NCBI RefSeq assembly: GCF_963676685.1
Contig: NC_092355.1
Span: forward strand, 52,700,001 to 52,764,000
Length of the DNA: 64,000 bases
Direction: 5' to 3'
Source of the DNA: Mytilus edulis
Lineage: Eukaryota
Both the position numbers and the translations under genes were made by a program. This document shows, piece after piece, positions 11,921-24,780 of this stretch (position 1 is its first letter; every line of letters starts with the position of its first letter). The notes under the pieces are model-generated. The model did not search any database and was not told where the DNA came from. It saw only the letters and a list, made by a program, of their open reading frames with translations.

Positions 11921-13747
11921 TCATAACAATGATTTTACTATATCGAGACATTTATTCAGTATGGTATAAACCTCTTCGATTTGGAAAATAAAGTATCGCT
12001 CCCGTATTGTGAGTTCAAGATCATGCAAAGCATTATGTTTTCCTCTTATATCCCCAAGTTTATTGAAACAAAGAAATTGTAGAAGATACGAGTACACAAC
12101 AGGAGGGAACCTAAGATCGTTGATGGGAATTAAAGGTTTCAGTTCGTCTGGCAATAAACAAAACGGGCGTCGGAAACATACATCTTCAATGATCAAATCT
12201 TTAAACGTTAGCAATAATCCAAATTGTTGCTTCATTTCCTGGAATATAGTTTGTTCGGCCAAGCTGTTGAGAATTGATAGATATATCTTGTCAGGAGTAC
12301 AATTTGATAAACTATAATTGATTATATCGAGACATTCCTTAAATCGTGTACATTTATAAAACAAAGATGCTAGAATTAACCAGGAGGAAACTGAATTGCT
12401 TAGTGAACATATCTTGAAATAACACAACATTCTCTTGTATTGTTTATAAGATGATTTGTTTCTGCCTGTCAGCTTAAGACACTCAGAAGATTGTATATAT
12501 TTTCTGAAACAAACACTTAACATGAACACACACATTTCTTTTTTTAAAACATAATTGTAACTTTCAACAAATCTTTTATACATTATTTGAATGGAATTAA
12601 CATCACCAATACAGAGACTTAAAACTGATAAATATGAAAAACAGGACAATTCCGTCGTAGTTAGTTTAATTCTATGCACATTTACTGATCCTGGCAAGAA
12701 TTGTTTGAAAGTTTTCGTATGAAATACATAAATCCACGGCGATCTATAAATAGACCGAAGTGTTTCTAGTAACTCTTTATGTCGGTTGTCAGTAAATCTG
12801 TCTTCAAACAGATTGTTTTCTGGTATAAAATAATGAAGACATGTTTTATATTCCACACAGTAAACAAGTCTTCTGATACAATCCAAGAAACAAGAAATCA
12901 TATTCTCAGGTTTCCATTCTGATGGACTTATCTCCTCACTCAACCAGAACATTATGGTTTTAAGAAAGTAGGAACAAAGCAAATCTTCATGTCTTGCTTT
13001 GATGAGGTCTTTTAAAATAATTTTCAGTAACGCATAACATAATAACTGAGTATGTGTAAATGAATGAATCAACATTTTTTCGGTTACAGAAAACGATATA
13101 CGCCATTGTAAATCCTCGTTTGGGGAATGTTTACAACCAATAGGAACAAATAAAACTCCGTATTGTACAGCTGCAGTAACTAGCATGTTATCTGGCCAAG
13201 CTGTACGTGATCTGTGAATCCATTGCTGAGCTGATGTGATCCATTTTTCACATCTTAAACAATCTGTAATTTCAATTAACCCATTAGCTGTAGAATGACA
13301 TGGACCATGAATAACCAAACAATCAGGTAAGTTGCTTTCACGAAGAAGTTTACTTGAGAGGTACATTGATTCTCCAACGGTATCAAACATATCATACATA
13401 GGATAAACAAACAATGATTTGTTAGCTAACTTAAGTTTTGCAAATCCAGGTTTTGTGTCGTATGTTTCCATAACCAATAGTAATTTATCTGAATTAGACT
13501 GGATGTCATCTAAGTTTTCATACACACGAATAAAGTTAAGAAGAACCATGATATCGAAATCACTACCTACGAGATCTAGACCTTCTGCTTTACTACCACT
13601 ACTTATGTAGTTTCCAAAAACAGCATTGTCACTAATGTCCTTAGCAGTAAATATTTCTCTTCTTGTTTTTACAACGTCTTCAGATCCGACGATGTTACAT
13701 AAGTAATCATAGAATTGAAGCGATAGATTCTTGTCTCTTAAATCCAT
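11921..13747 (-). CDS. cGAS-like receptor (cGLR; Mab-21 nucleotidyltransferase with helical C-terminal extension), copy 1, 608 aa
   Basis: SGSKAEGLDLVGSDFDIM (GS..DxD NTase motif), WRISFSVTEK, SYFLKTIMFW, CLHYFIPENNLF Mab-21 motifs; uninterrupted ORF; splice acceptor 13 nt upstream of ATG. Confidence 0.92.
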   Translation of the reverse strand: MDLRDKNLSLQFYDYLCNIVGSEDVVKTRREIFTAKDISDNAVFGNYISSGSKAEGLDLVGSDFDIMVLLNFIRVYENLDDIQSNSDKLLLVMETYDTKPGFAKLKLANKSLFVYPMYDMFDTVGESMYLSSKLLRESNLPDCLVIHGPCHSTANGLIEITDCLRCEKWITSAQQWIHRSRTAWPDNMLVTAAVQYGVLFVPIGCKHSPNEDLQWRISFSVTEKMLIHSFTHTQLLCYALLKIILKDLIKARHEDLLCSYFLKTIMFWLSEEISPSEWKPENMISCFLDCIRRLVYCVEYKTCLHYFIPENNLFEDRFTDNRHKELLETLRSIYRSPWIYVFHTKTFKQFLPGSVNVHRIKLTTTELSCFSYLSVLSLCIGDVNSIQIMYKRFVESYNYVLKKEMCVFMLSVCFRKYIQSSECLKLTGRNKSSYKQYKRMLCYFKICSLSNSVSSWLILASLFYKCTRFKECLDIINYSLSNCTPDKIYLSILNSLAEQTIFQEMKQQFGLLLTFKDLIIEDVCFRRPFCLLPDELKPLIPINDLRFPPVVYSYLLQFLCFNKLGDIRGKHNALHDLELTIRERYFIFQIEEVYTILNKCLDIVKSLL

Positions 13748-14806
13748 ATTTATTGCATACCTAGCAAAAATAGTAGATGTTCAAATACATACCCGTTATT
13801 TTATTATTTTAAGAAATATTTAATCAACTCAGTTTAGATATTATTTTGTCGAATCCTTGTCTTAACTACATGCTTATAAAAGTTTATCCTGACTTATTAT
13901 CGATGCTATATGTAGCAATTGTCCTGCCAATGATGTTAAACTGCAGTTTACGTTATATAAGATAAAAACTAAATATATAAAAATTTTAAACGTGATGAAA
14001 TATAATCGAAAATACTATGAATTTATATAATAGATAACAATGTTTGGCTTGGCTTCTGAATTCTTTCCATTTTTCCGTGAAAAGACATATTTCTTTTGTT
14101 CTGATCATTATTATTTTTCAGCCTTTCTGTTTTTTCCTTTGCTGTTTGTTTGTTTCGCAAGATATTGCTTAGATATTTGGTATATGGTATCAGTTAGAAA
14201 CTGGCACCGCTTAACTGAATACTTTTCCATGTAAGAGTTATCTCTCCGAACACCGTTTTTCTTGTTATTTCTTATGTTTTGAAACCGAAAAGAAGACCAT
14301 GATTTAATTTGCAAATTACTTGTTAAATCCTCTATATATATCTATTAACCTTCGTCGTAGGAGTAAAGAAATTATATATGAGAGTTATTTCCCCTTCTGA
14401 ATTTGATATTAGTGAATTTATTTGTTACTGGCAAACCCTAAGTGAAAAATACTTAGTGTCTTTTGATTCGAGGTCGTTGGTCCATATAAAGAGTATGAGG
14501 CTAAGGTCAAATAAAATCCTGGGTTTTTTTTACGTTCATGATTGTGCATGGAATCACTTACCTAAATGATATATCGCAACTTGTTAGTTTTTTAATCAAT
14601 GTTCCATGCCTTTTGAGGAAATATATAACCCGTCAAATACATTTGTTTTATCAAATTGAATGCACGTTTGTTATTCTATTTACATCATTTTAACAAATTG
14701 ATTTGTTTTTACTAAGAAAAGAAATATATTGCATAAAGTACTTCTTAAAAACAATGTATTAATCAATTGATAAACGTTTATTGAAAAACTAGTCAAGCAT
14801 ACTTAC

Positions 14807-14955
14807 GGAAATTTCTGATATGTGATATAAATAGTAGAATATCGTGTACTAATTGAATTATTTATGCTAATAATGCTCCTTATATAAGTACAAGGTAATC
14901 AAAACAGGTTAAAACATGTAAGGAAAGATGTATCACTACTAGGAAATTTTGCATA
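14807..14955 (-). promoter_or_regulatory. Predicted non-coding exon 1 and core promoter of cGLR copy 1 (intron 13761-14806)
   Basis: Donor GTAAGT at 14806-14801; acceptor ttttgctAG at 13762-13761; TATA cttatataag 14879-14888; kB-like GGAAATTTCT 14807-14816; all conserved in the paralog. Confidence 0.6.
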
Positions 14956-15329
14956 ATGATGACATTTTCATATTAAACAAAACACATCATTAGGTCTTTC
15001 CACTTCTCTGTGGAAATACCAAGTGTATACGTTTCGATTATTATTATATTTTAGTCAAATTTATCGTGATGTTTAGAAATTTTGTATCTGTCATCGAAAA
15101 ATGTCATGTGCATTTTAAAAGAGGGACGAAAGATACCAAAGGGACAGTCAAACTCATAAATCTAAAACAAACTGGCAACGCCATGGCTAAAAATGAAAAA
15201 GACTTTAAGTTATACCCTGCAAAACCAAACTAATTTCTTTATAAGAGATAAATCAAAGAAAACTGTTTTTCTTGTGTGTGTATCTCTTTGTTTTAAATTG
15301 CTCGTTAAATGCTCAGGAATCTTTGATGC

Positions 15330-17470
15330 ATCTGAACAAATATACATTATTAAGTTAGATACATACTCTAATGTCTGATCTAACGATTTGAATTATATAA
15401 TATCGTGATCAGAATAAATTCTGTCTGACAATAATAGTTGATGAGTAATATCTAAGGAAATAAATAATAACACGGAAAAAAATGTAGGAGAGCCATTACA
15501 ACTTTATTAATCTGTTATTTCTTCCCGGTGCCTTCAATATATGTAGAAATAATGTTGGATGCAAATACTTCCTTTGATTTATAATCATATCTCATATATT
15601 CTTTTTGAAAATAAAGTCCATAAAAATTTGATAAAAATGTATGAAAGAAAATTATGAAAAATTAGCAGCGACACAATTATTCTATACTGTATTGCTATAA
15701 AGGTGAAGAGATTTCTTAAAAAGATGGCTCTATCTGTTGTGCATTTTGCCCTCACGTTCACTAGGTCACTATTACAAAAGACCATGCCGTCATTATAAAA
15801 AATCTTTTATATTAGAATTACAAACTGTATTCAAATGTGTATATCCATTTGACATTTTTTAGTTGTGATTTAATATTAATATTGAAATGATATAAGGTAC
15901 TAGTATGCAATACATTATAAATTGATAAATTTGTCACCGAAGAAAAAGCCAATTAGTTACAACAAGTTATAGAAGAACAGGCTGTTCATTGTACCTCCTG
16001 CTATTGTAGATGTATTTAATCATTAGATAAACAGTTTGTTATGACATCAGATGGGTAAATTTTCGAAATCTTTTCTTCCTTGATGCTAATAGAAAACATT
16101 TGGAACATTGATTAAGTACGTAACATGGTCTCGATGCTGATGCATTAAGTGACAAATAACCACAAAGTTACCTGGTCCTGGTCTGAATAACAATCGAATA
16201 TTATTTTTCAAAATTGCCCGTTAAATTGCCAGGATGTTTTTGTCAATTTTTATCGGACCAATATTTAGACTCTATATGAGGGTCATTGTCCCTTTTGTTT
16301 TTGACAAACATGATATATAGATGTAAATCATTAACCATAACTTGTAAAAGACTAAGGTCTCTTGATTTGATATTATTGGTCAACCGAAAAGACAAAATCC
16401 AACGGTCACCGTCATATACTTAAATTAATCACGTCGCTTGTTTTTGCATTTCATCTCTTAGCGTTCATATTTGTTATAATACATTTACATCTTTTGAATT
16501 ATGATTTATATTTATTAAAGCCAGTTCACATTTTGCCACTGTTTTTTTTTATTAAGCAAAGGTATCTTACACTGATGCATTTGTACACATAGACTGCATT
16601 AGGTTAGATACATATGATAATGTATGATCTAGAGATTTGAATGGTAATAATAGTTGATGAGTAATGTGTAAGGAAGTAAATACTAACACAGACATAACTG
16701 TAGAAAAGCCAGGACACGCTAGTTTATTGCAACTTTTTTTTAGACATTAGAAAAACCAACATATCTGTTTTTTATTTCCTATGCATTCAGTTTATTCAAA
16801 ATTAATTCTGGATCCAAATACTCCATTCGATTTATAAGATTATATCTGATATATTTATTTTGAAATTATTGTCCATAAAAATTTGATAAACATTTAAAAA
16901 AAAATCATGAAAAGTAAAAGAGATAAAATTATTCTATACTTTATCATGTTTATTGTTATTTGAGTAAAACAAAAATGCAAACACAGAGAAGACTGTATTT
17001 GTTGTACAAGGTGCCCACATGTTCACTAGGTAAATAGTTAAAAAAAGACCATGACGTCATTATTTAAAACAAACTTTTAATATTAGAATTACGCACTGAA
17101 TTCCAATGTGAATGGCATTGTCGTTTTTCCTTTCTTCATAAGTTGTTTGAATCGTTCTTTAACATTTTCATCACTTGTGTTTTAATTTTGAAATTATATA
17201 ATGCACGCAGTACAATGTCAATGAAATAATCTTTCACTAAAGAAAAAGGCAAACTAGTTTCACCAAGTACATCATGTACAGTCTGTTCACTATTGCCAAT
17301 GTTAATGCATATACTTATTGAATAAAACTATCGTTATAACATTAAACGTGTACATTTTCTAAGTCCTATATACCTTTATAAAATATAGATGCTGATAGTT
17401 TTATTAATAAAATCGTTACTTGGTCCGGGTCCTAGTCTGAGTAACATTTGAATATATCAATCAATCTAAA
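15330..17470. repeat. Old tandemly repeated ~1-1.2 kb unit upstream of cGLR copy 1 (further partial copies 19400-19650, 20590-21060, ~30150-30450, 38820-39670)
   Basis: Recurrent blocks such as aatagttgatgagtaat..aggaagtaaatactaacac..gccaggacacgct..aaccaacatatctg and cacatgttcactag. Confidence 0.7.
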
Positions 17471-18720
17471 GCTTTACGAATTGTTTTTTAAATTAACTTA
17501 CATTAAAGCTGTAAAGATTGTATCAAAATTCCCTTTAAAAAAGCTAGCAGAGAAATGTTGACAGAAGTAGTATCGCTAAAATAGTGATGAAACTTGTAAA
17601 AACTTGTGTTCACAGAGTTACAATCTAGGTAATCTGTAAAGTAATTATCTGTAAAAGGAATATTCACAATTCAAATTGCCAAACTGTATGAACATCTTTA
17701 CTGTTGAATTACTATGGTGTATACGTTGTTAATTGATAAATCCTTTATCAATATACAAATACAAAATAATTGTTTTGTGTTTTCATAAAAGATTCATGGA
17801 ACAATAATTGAGATCCAATATCTAAAATTGTATAAACATACATGATTTACACACAACACAAATGCCGCAAAATTCATCAAATGAAACACATAAATAATTT
17901 TAACCTAAACAAAGTGTAGTTGATAACAAATTTGACATGACGTCAATAAAAAAGTACGTGTTTAAAAAAAAGAAAGTTTAGATAAATGAAAAACGAAAGG
18001 AACACAAAACGATACTCTCGTGTTCTTATTATGAATGCTTGTTTCAAAACACAAATATGACAGAAAATGAAAATTAACTTCAAAGAAAGGCAAAATCAAC
18101 GCGCAAACGCATCAATCAAATAGAAAACAACTGTCATATTCATGAGTTTGGTCGAAGTATTTTCTTCTATGACGATGGTGGATTAAGTTGTGCTTTATAA
18201 CTAGCTAAACATCTTATCTGTTAGCTGGTTATTTTGCATTGAAACATATTAAAAATACTCACTCATATTAGGTAGAAATGTTAACAATTGGGATACAGTA
18301 GTTACATGTAACACTGTGTTATAATAATATTAGTCACATGCACTATAAAGACAAATAACTATTAAAACAAATAAAAACAAAACGTGATATACACACCACA
18401 AAGACAAAATATATATGCAAAAAAATAGGGACATAAATACGAAATATCAATTGCACAATGACACAATGTCTGTGATTATAAAAAAGTAGACATAGCAAAA
18501 ATACAAAAGTATATACTAAACATGCACTCAACCGTTAAGATTAAAAAAACACAGGCACAATACAAGATCAGTATTTAACGTGATTAGAATGATAGACAAC
18601 ATCAGTGCCTAGAATATGTACCTCAAGACCATCGACTATTATGCATGCAGTTGATTCAGAAAATTTATTAACAAGGTCTTGGCATTTTCCGATGAACTTT
18701 TATTCAGACAAAAGGAAGAG

Positions 18721-19260
18721 ATATTATACAAATATAGCCTTTGTATGAGGTCGATACAAGGATATATTGACCTGAAAGAAGTATATTGACTGAGGACGAG
18801 GTCGATATACTTCTTTGGGTCGATATATCCTGTATTGACCTCATACAAAGGCTATATTTGTTATATTATTAATTTCCGACCATGTTTGTATCAAAATCGT
18901 CATTTAGGTTTGTTGGAACTTATAGATATTACATTGTCTCCTTGACAATAACAGCAAATTTGTTGTTATTTCATTTACTTTTTTAGGACATCTTATGTAT
19001 TTGAAGATTTTTTTCGTCAAATAATCGATCACAGATATCATTTGTTTCAAAACGTAAAACAATATCCTGAAATTCATCACATGACGTCACAAAGTTTATC
19101 GGTTTTTAGATATTCTAAAAATAACCGTGCAACATGCCTTTTGCCGGTCAATATGCTTTTTGCTATCCGCCGTTTTCTCTCTACCTTCGAAAATATAGTT
19201 TAACATGTGACTATCCCTAAACGAATCAAATTTGTTAATATATACGAATTTATAATATTA
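18721..19260. mobile_element. Non-autonomous fold-back element with ~150-bp terminal hairpin (18721-18868); Crypton-like architecture
   Basis: acaaatatagcctttgtatgaggtc ... gacctcatacaaaggctatatttgt near-perfect inverted arms; family assignment is inference. Confidence 0.6.
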
Positions 19261-19739
19261 TTGGATATAACCCTATTTCATCAACTTTCTCTTCAGACAA
19301 TGGTCGCGTTTTAAAGTCTGAGTAGTAGCTTCAAGATCTTGAATACTGAATAAGTTTGGAAATGTGTATAAATGTACCATATGTAGGGGAAGTTGCTAAA
19401 TTCTGACAATAGCAGTTGATAAGTAATGTCTTAGGAAGTAAATACTAACACGGAAGTAACTGTATCAAAGCCAGGACACGCTTGGGTATTGAAGCCATTT
19501 ACACTTTTGTAAACATTAGAAAGACCAACATATCTGTAATTTCTCTCAAGTACATGGAATGCATGAGCATTTTTGGGATGCAAAAACTTCCTTTGATTTA
19601 TAATCATATCTAAGATATGTATTTTTCAATAAAATTCCATAAAAGTATAGAAATTAAACTCATCTCGTCAGTCATAGATTCTAGTATTTGAAAACCCTGT
19701 TCTGAAATTCGAGGTTTTGGCTCGAAAAGCTGCAGAAAA

Positions 19740-20035
19740 TAACAATCAAAACCAAGAAGTAAACAAAGACTCACACAACCAAAGGACATTTACATCAACA
19801 GTTATAAATAATAAATAAGGAACATCACGAACTCCACTGAAAACCGGGAGTGAAATCAGGTACTCCGGAAGGGTAGGCATTTCCTGCACCGTATACGGCA
19901 CTCTACTTTTTTTTTGTACAGTTCGGTAATGATGTAAGGTTATTATGACTAAGGAAGAAAATCAGATAGGATTTCTGACAAAATTTTGTCATAATGGCCA
20001 AACGGGTCATGATGGCGACCGTAACATTTTTTTTA
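19740..20035 (-). mobile_element. 5'-truncated tail of a second Naiad/Penelope-like subfamily (degenerate related copy at ~8850-9120)
   Basis: Minus strand reads KCYGRHHDPFGHYDKILSEILSDFLP*, the KFYGRHH-type C-terminus of these RTs, followed by a 3' module gcaggaaatgcctacccttccggagtacctg. Confidence 0.55.
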
Positions 20036-21869
20036 GTATATATTTCTGGCAAACAAAAACAATATTGTTTGAGGCTTTGGCAGCTGGAAAGACAACATAT
20101 TTGTGTTGTCCTCTATGAACTGCGATCACCCAAAGTGTTTAATTTGGTACGTGTTGCTTAGTCTTTATTTTTTTTTGGTATTTTCCAGTGTTGTGTTTAC
20201 TATTTTGCATGTCGTTTGATATCGCTTGCCTCTTTTTCTTTGTCATCCAATGTCATATAAATTTTGATTTTGTCATTTGATTAGGGACTTCCCGTTTTAA
20301 ATTTTCCTCGGAGTTCAGTACTTTTGTGATTTTACCTTTTTCATATATCCCAAACAAGGGCAACGCACACATTTGTTCGTAGTGGAGACTACATACTCTG
20401 TCAACTTTGACATATTATTTTCCATGTATAAAGACTAACATGGTTCAATTTGAAAGCTTTAGATTTATTTGTTAACAATGACTGTTATTTGTAAGATAGG
20501 ACTTTGTCAAATACATATATTTTTTTTTATAAATTTCTGATCATGCTATAACTGTATTAAATCGTGAATATGTCAAAACTTAGTTATGTTAGTCTGTAAT
20601 AGTTGATAATTTATATCTAGGGAAATAACTGTTATCACGGAAATCAATGAAAAACTATCAGGACACTCCAGTTGTATCTGAATCAGTCGACCTAAGATAT
20701 TCAAACATTTGGAAAAACCTGAAAACCTACATATCTCTTATTTCTCTCCGGTGCATTTAATAACGTGTATGTCCATTATTATGTCCTGTAGATTTCTTTA
20801 AATCAATACCGTGCGTAACATATTTATTTTAGAATTAAACTTGGACAAATGTTTATTGAACTCCTCTTGATTAATAATGAAATTTGGGAGTGAATAACAG
20901 GACTGATTTCTCACAAATTATCCCCACGTTTACCAGACCTCAAATGAAATTGATTCGGAAAGGCCTTTTTCGAAGACGGATTTTTGTTTAATATTCGAAC
21001 TGCCACATCTTTGTTAAATTCCTATGGTGTGTATATCATAAATCAATGACTCAGTTCATATACGTCCAAGACAAACTATTTGCTTACTGTTTCTGAAATA
21101 TATACTGTTCGGTCTTACTCTCGTCAAATTGTAAAAGTATAGTATCAGGAGTGCGTTTCTTTTAATTAGACAGGTACATTCAAAAATCTTTTGTACCATT
21201 GAAAGAAAAGAAAAACATAATACAAAGGCACTTACAAAATCAAAGTTATACAAACGTAACTTATAAAAACACCTGCATTACTCCTGATTTAGTACATACA
21301 TTTTCCACAGTACATTGTGGGTTAAATCTTTTGTATAGCTAGTTTTTGGTGGGGTTTGTGTTGCTCAGTTTTTAGTTTTCTATGTTGTTTTTTGTTTACC
21401 CTTATTTGACTGTTTGTCTTTTTCATTTCAAGCCATAGCGTTGTCAGTTTCTTTAAGAATTTTTTAGTTTGACTGTTCCTCTGGTATCTTGTGCACCTCT
21501 ATTAAGCCTCCCACTTGTATGTCAGTTGTTTAGAGTTTCGTTTTCTTGACTACTAAAGGTATGCAACCCATCCAGACCTAATAGGTAAACTTGTCATCCA
21601 ATGTGTTATTATAGATTATAGTTCAGATAAAAACCTTTGTAAAATTTAATCTCTATAATTCTTTAAATCTATATAATATATGTTTTGTCATGTGACAAGT
21701 TATGTGAATACAATTCAAAATCACTTTTTCTATTGTAACATTTGATATCAAATGTCTCTGACTTAAAAGAAGAAACATTTAAACTTCATGAATCTTACTT
21801 GACGCTTATATTCACTGTTTAAATAATTATAATGTTCATTAGTAATGTCAATGTTACACCAGTAGATAG

Positions 21870-24780
21870 TAGTGATATCGAAAATATGGCAACATTAAGA
21901 TATTTCTAAATAATTAAGTAAGGGAAAAAATTAATTAAGAGTTTTTCATCTCGGAAAACGATATTCGTCATGGTAAGTCTAAATATGGAGATGTTGTTTA
22001 TCCAATAGGAACAAATACAATTACGTGTTGTATACCAGTATCAAGTGTATTACGTGTATAACAAGGCCTAGCTGTTCAAAGACTAATGACTTTGACATTC
22101 TAAGGGTGCCTGAAGGGTATAAGTATTTTGATAATCTAGGAAAGTTTTTGAAATTTACAGAATCTAATTCTGAAGTTGTATAGTCGATAGTATTGGAAAA
22201 GGGGTTAGTTGATTTTAATAAAAACTATGTTAATTGGCTGTATGTATCTTCCACCTGAAAATATTAAGTATACAAGCAACGAGGCGTTTATCGGGACACT
22301 CGTCTACGACGTTACAAAATTAGACGAGATATCACTGCTTTTGTCGGAAGAGAGTAGCGATCCAAACGAATGAATCAATACAATCGTTGACAAAATATGT
22401 GATATTTTTATGAGCACTGCTAGACGTGTTTTTAAACTAAAGGAAAGATCCTATCTGTCTGGTTCTTCTAATCAACTTTGGTTGAATAAACATTGCAGAG
22501 ATAAGCGAAAGGTTTTCCAAAAAGCGAAAAAAGGTTACAGTTTTAATAAAAATAAAGCGAACCGAGATGAAATGAAAAAGTGCGGGAAAGTTTACAGAGC
22601 CGAAAGGAATAAAAGCTTTGAGAGTTTTCAACATGCACTAGAATCTGACATGCGTAAACTTTCGAAAAAAGATTCTGGTAATTTTTTGAAAATCTTGAAA
22701 AGATTGGATAGAGGGGGTCTGATTAAGATATCCAAATTACCATTGATCAATTATATGAGTATTTTAAGTCATTAAATAAGAGCGATGTTCCAGATGATGA
22801 TATTGATTTAGAGGATTAAGTTGATAGTATAAAAAGTCAGGAGGTTATTGAAATTTATAGATCAGGAAATTACAGGGGACGAAATATTGTCCGCTGTTAA
22901 AAAATTATGTAATGACAAAGCATCAGGGGATGATGGGATTGTCAACGAATATATAAAAAGCACGGTGAATCAGTTTTTGCCTATTTACACTAAGTTATTC
23001 AATTTAGTGTTTGATTCTTGAATCGTTCCAAACTCATGGCTTATTGGTATCAATAAGCTGTTATTTAAAAACAAGGGGGATCCAAATAATTTGGATAATT
23101 ACCGAGCTATTTGTCTTACATCGAATTTAGGAAAAGTGTTCACATCTATACTTAATTCAAGACTTATTGCTCTGTCAGACAAGATCGTAATTATAGCTGA
23201 TGCCCAGGGTGGTTTTCGTAAGGGGTATTCAGTCCAAGAAAGTATATTTATCATGCATGCTTTAATTTCACTACATTTGAGTTCGGGAAAGAAATTATTT
23301 TGAGCTTTTGTAGATTTTAGAAAAGCTTTTGATACAGTGTGGAGGGTGGGACTATGGCACAAATTATAAAAATATAACATTGATGGGAAAATGTTTAAAG
23401 TTATATTGAGCATGTATACGAATATTAAGTCTTGTGTTAAAAATGGAGAACTCAAAACAGATTTTTTCTCGTGTGAGGTAAGTGTAAGACAGGAAGAAAA
23501 AAATGTCACCTTTTCTCTATGCCTTATACCTGAATGACTTGGAGGAATATGTGGATGAAAACTCTGTCGAAGGTCTAACATTTATGAATGACAAATTTAC
23601 AGAGAATCTTGATTTGTATATCAAACTATTTATTCTTCTGTACGCCGACGACACTATTATTTTTGCGGAGTCAGCAGAAGGGTTGCAAAAGTCTCTGAAT
23701 GGTTTTGAGCAATACTGTTTTGAGTGGAAACTCACTGTGATTGTATCAAAAACTAAGATTGTAATGTTTTCAAAGAAAAAGTTTAATAAGAATGTTACTT
23801 TTATACTATGTAATGAAAATATTGAAATTAAAGATTCATATGTTTATTTCGGTCTGCTGTTTAATTCAACGGAAACTTCTTTCAAGCTCGAAAAAAATTG
23901 GTAGACCAAGCTCAAAAAGCACTTTATGCTCTTTACAAGAAGATACAAAATATCTCACTCCCGATTGATTTACAGTTAAAATTAGTTGATGCATTGGTGG
24001 TTCCTATTTTGGCCTATTACTTTGAAATATGGGGGTTTCAAAATAAAAATGATACTGAAAAATAACATCAACAGTTTTGTAAGTTCATTTTGGGGGTGCG
24101 ATCCTCTACGCCAAGTTTTATGGTGTAACGAGAACTTGGAAGATTTCCACTTGAACTGCAGATCAAGTTAAAAATTGTATGTTTTTGGCACAAGCTTGCA
24201 ACACATGATAAAAAAATTATCGGGTAAACTGAACAAGTTACTTTGGTACATGCATGAGTATGAAGGTTATAATTTCAAATGGTTTAACTATGTAAACTCT
24301 GTGTTTAATGACTTTGGCTTTTTTGAAATGTATAATATTCCGGAGCAAGTTGATTATAGTTATATTAAAACTAGCAACGTCTCCAGGACTAGTTTATTCA
24401 AAGGGGGGAATTTTTTTTACACTTTAAAGAAGAGTTTTGCTTAGAACCATATTTGTTATAGAGTAAATAGAGTAAATATATGTAAATTGAGGGTATGTAA
24501 TACAACGCTTCCCATTGAAACAGGAAGATGGAGTAATGTACCACGAAATAAGAGAATTTGTCCACGTTGTAAAGCTGGTCAATTTTTATTCAAAAGGTAG
24601 AAAAGATGCTTGTCTGATTTAAAATTGCAATAAACAAAGATTTATTTTTAAAGATGTATAATTTAAAAATGTATACTGTATGTATTATGAAATATGTTGT
24701 GTTTTATATTGTGTATAATATGCTCTTGTTACGCAGTCTTCTGCGGCTGAGTTTTCTTTAATAAACTATAAACTATAAAC
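21870..24780 (+). mobile_element. Degenerate CR1/L2-group LINE (APE endonuclease remnant and RT)
   Basis: IGCMYLPP (APE), NYRAICLTS, QGGFRKG, FVDFRKAFD, LLYADD, LPIETGRW across frameshifts; tail aataaactataaactataaac at ~24760-24780. Confidence 0.85.

Noticed and set aside
12009-13610. Plus-strand ORFs overlapping cGLR copy 1 (and similar antisense ORFs over the LINEs and the Naiad)
   Set aside because: Antisense shadows of real coding frames with no independent motifs
11921-13747. Bacterial CBASS CD-NTase operon
   Set aside because: Animal Mab-21 motifs, spliceosomal signals, no effector or cap genes, TE-rich surroundings
14991-15020. Palindrome ggtctttccac..gtggaaa[g/t]acc as a cGLR-specific operator
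   Set aside because: Resembles the subterminal stem of HINE-type repeats and recurs in decayed form at ~14060, ~35695 and ~38340-38420; more likely TE debris carried in the duplicon
19830-19905. HDV-like ribozyme in the second Naiad tail
   Set aside because: Could not build the nested double pseudoknot by eye; kept only as an unclassified structured candidate
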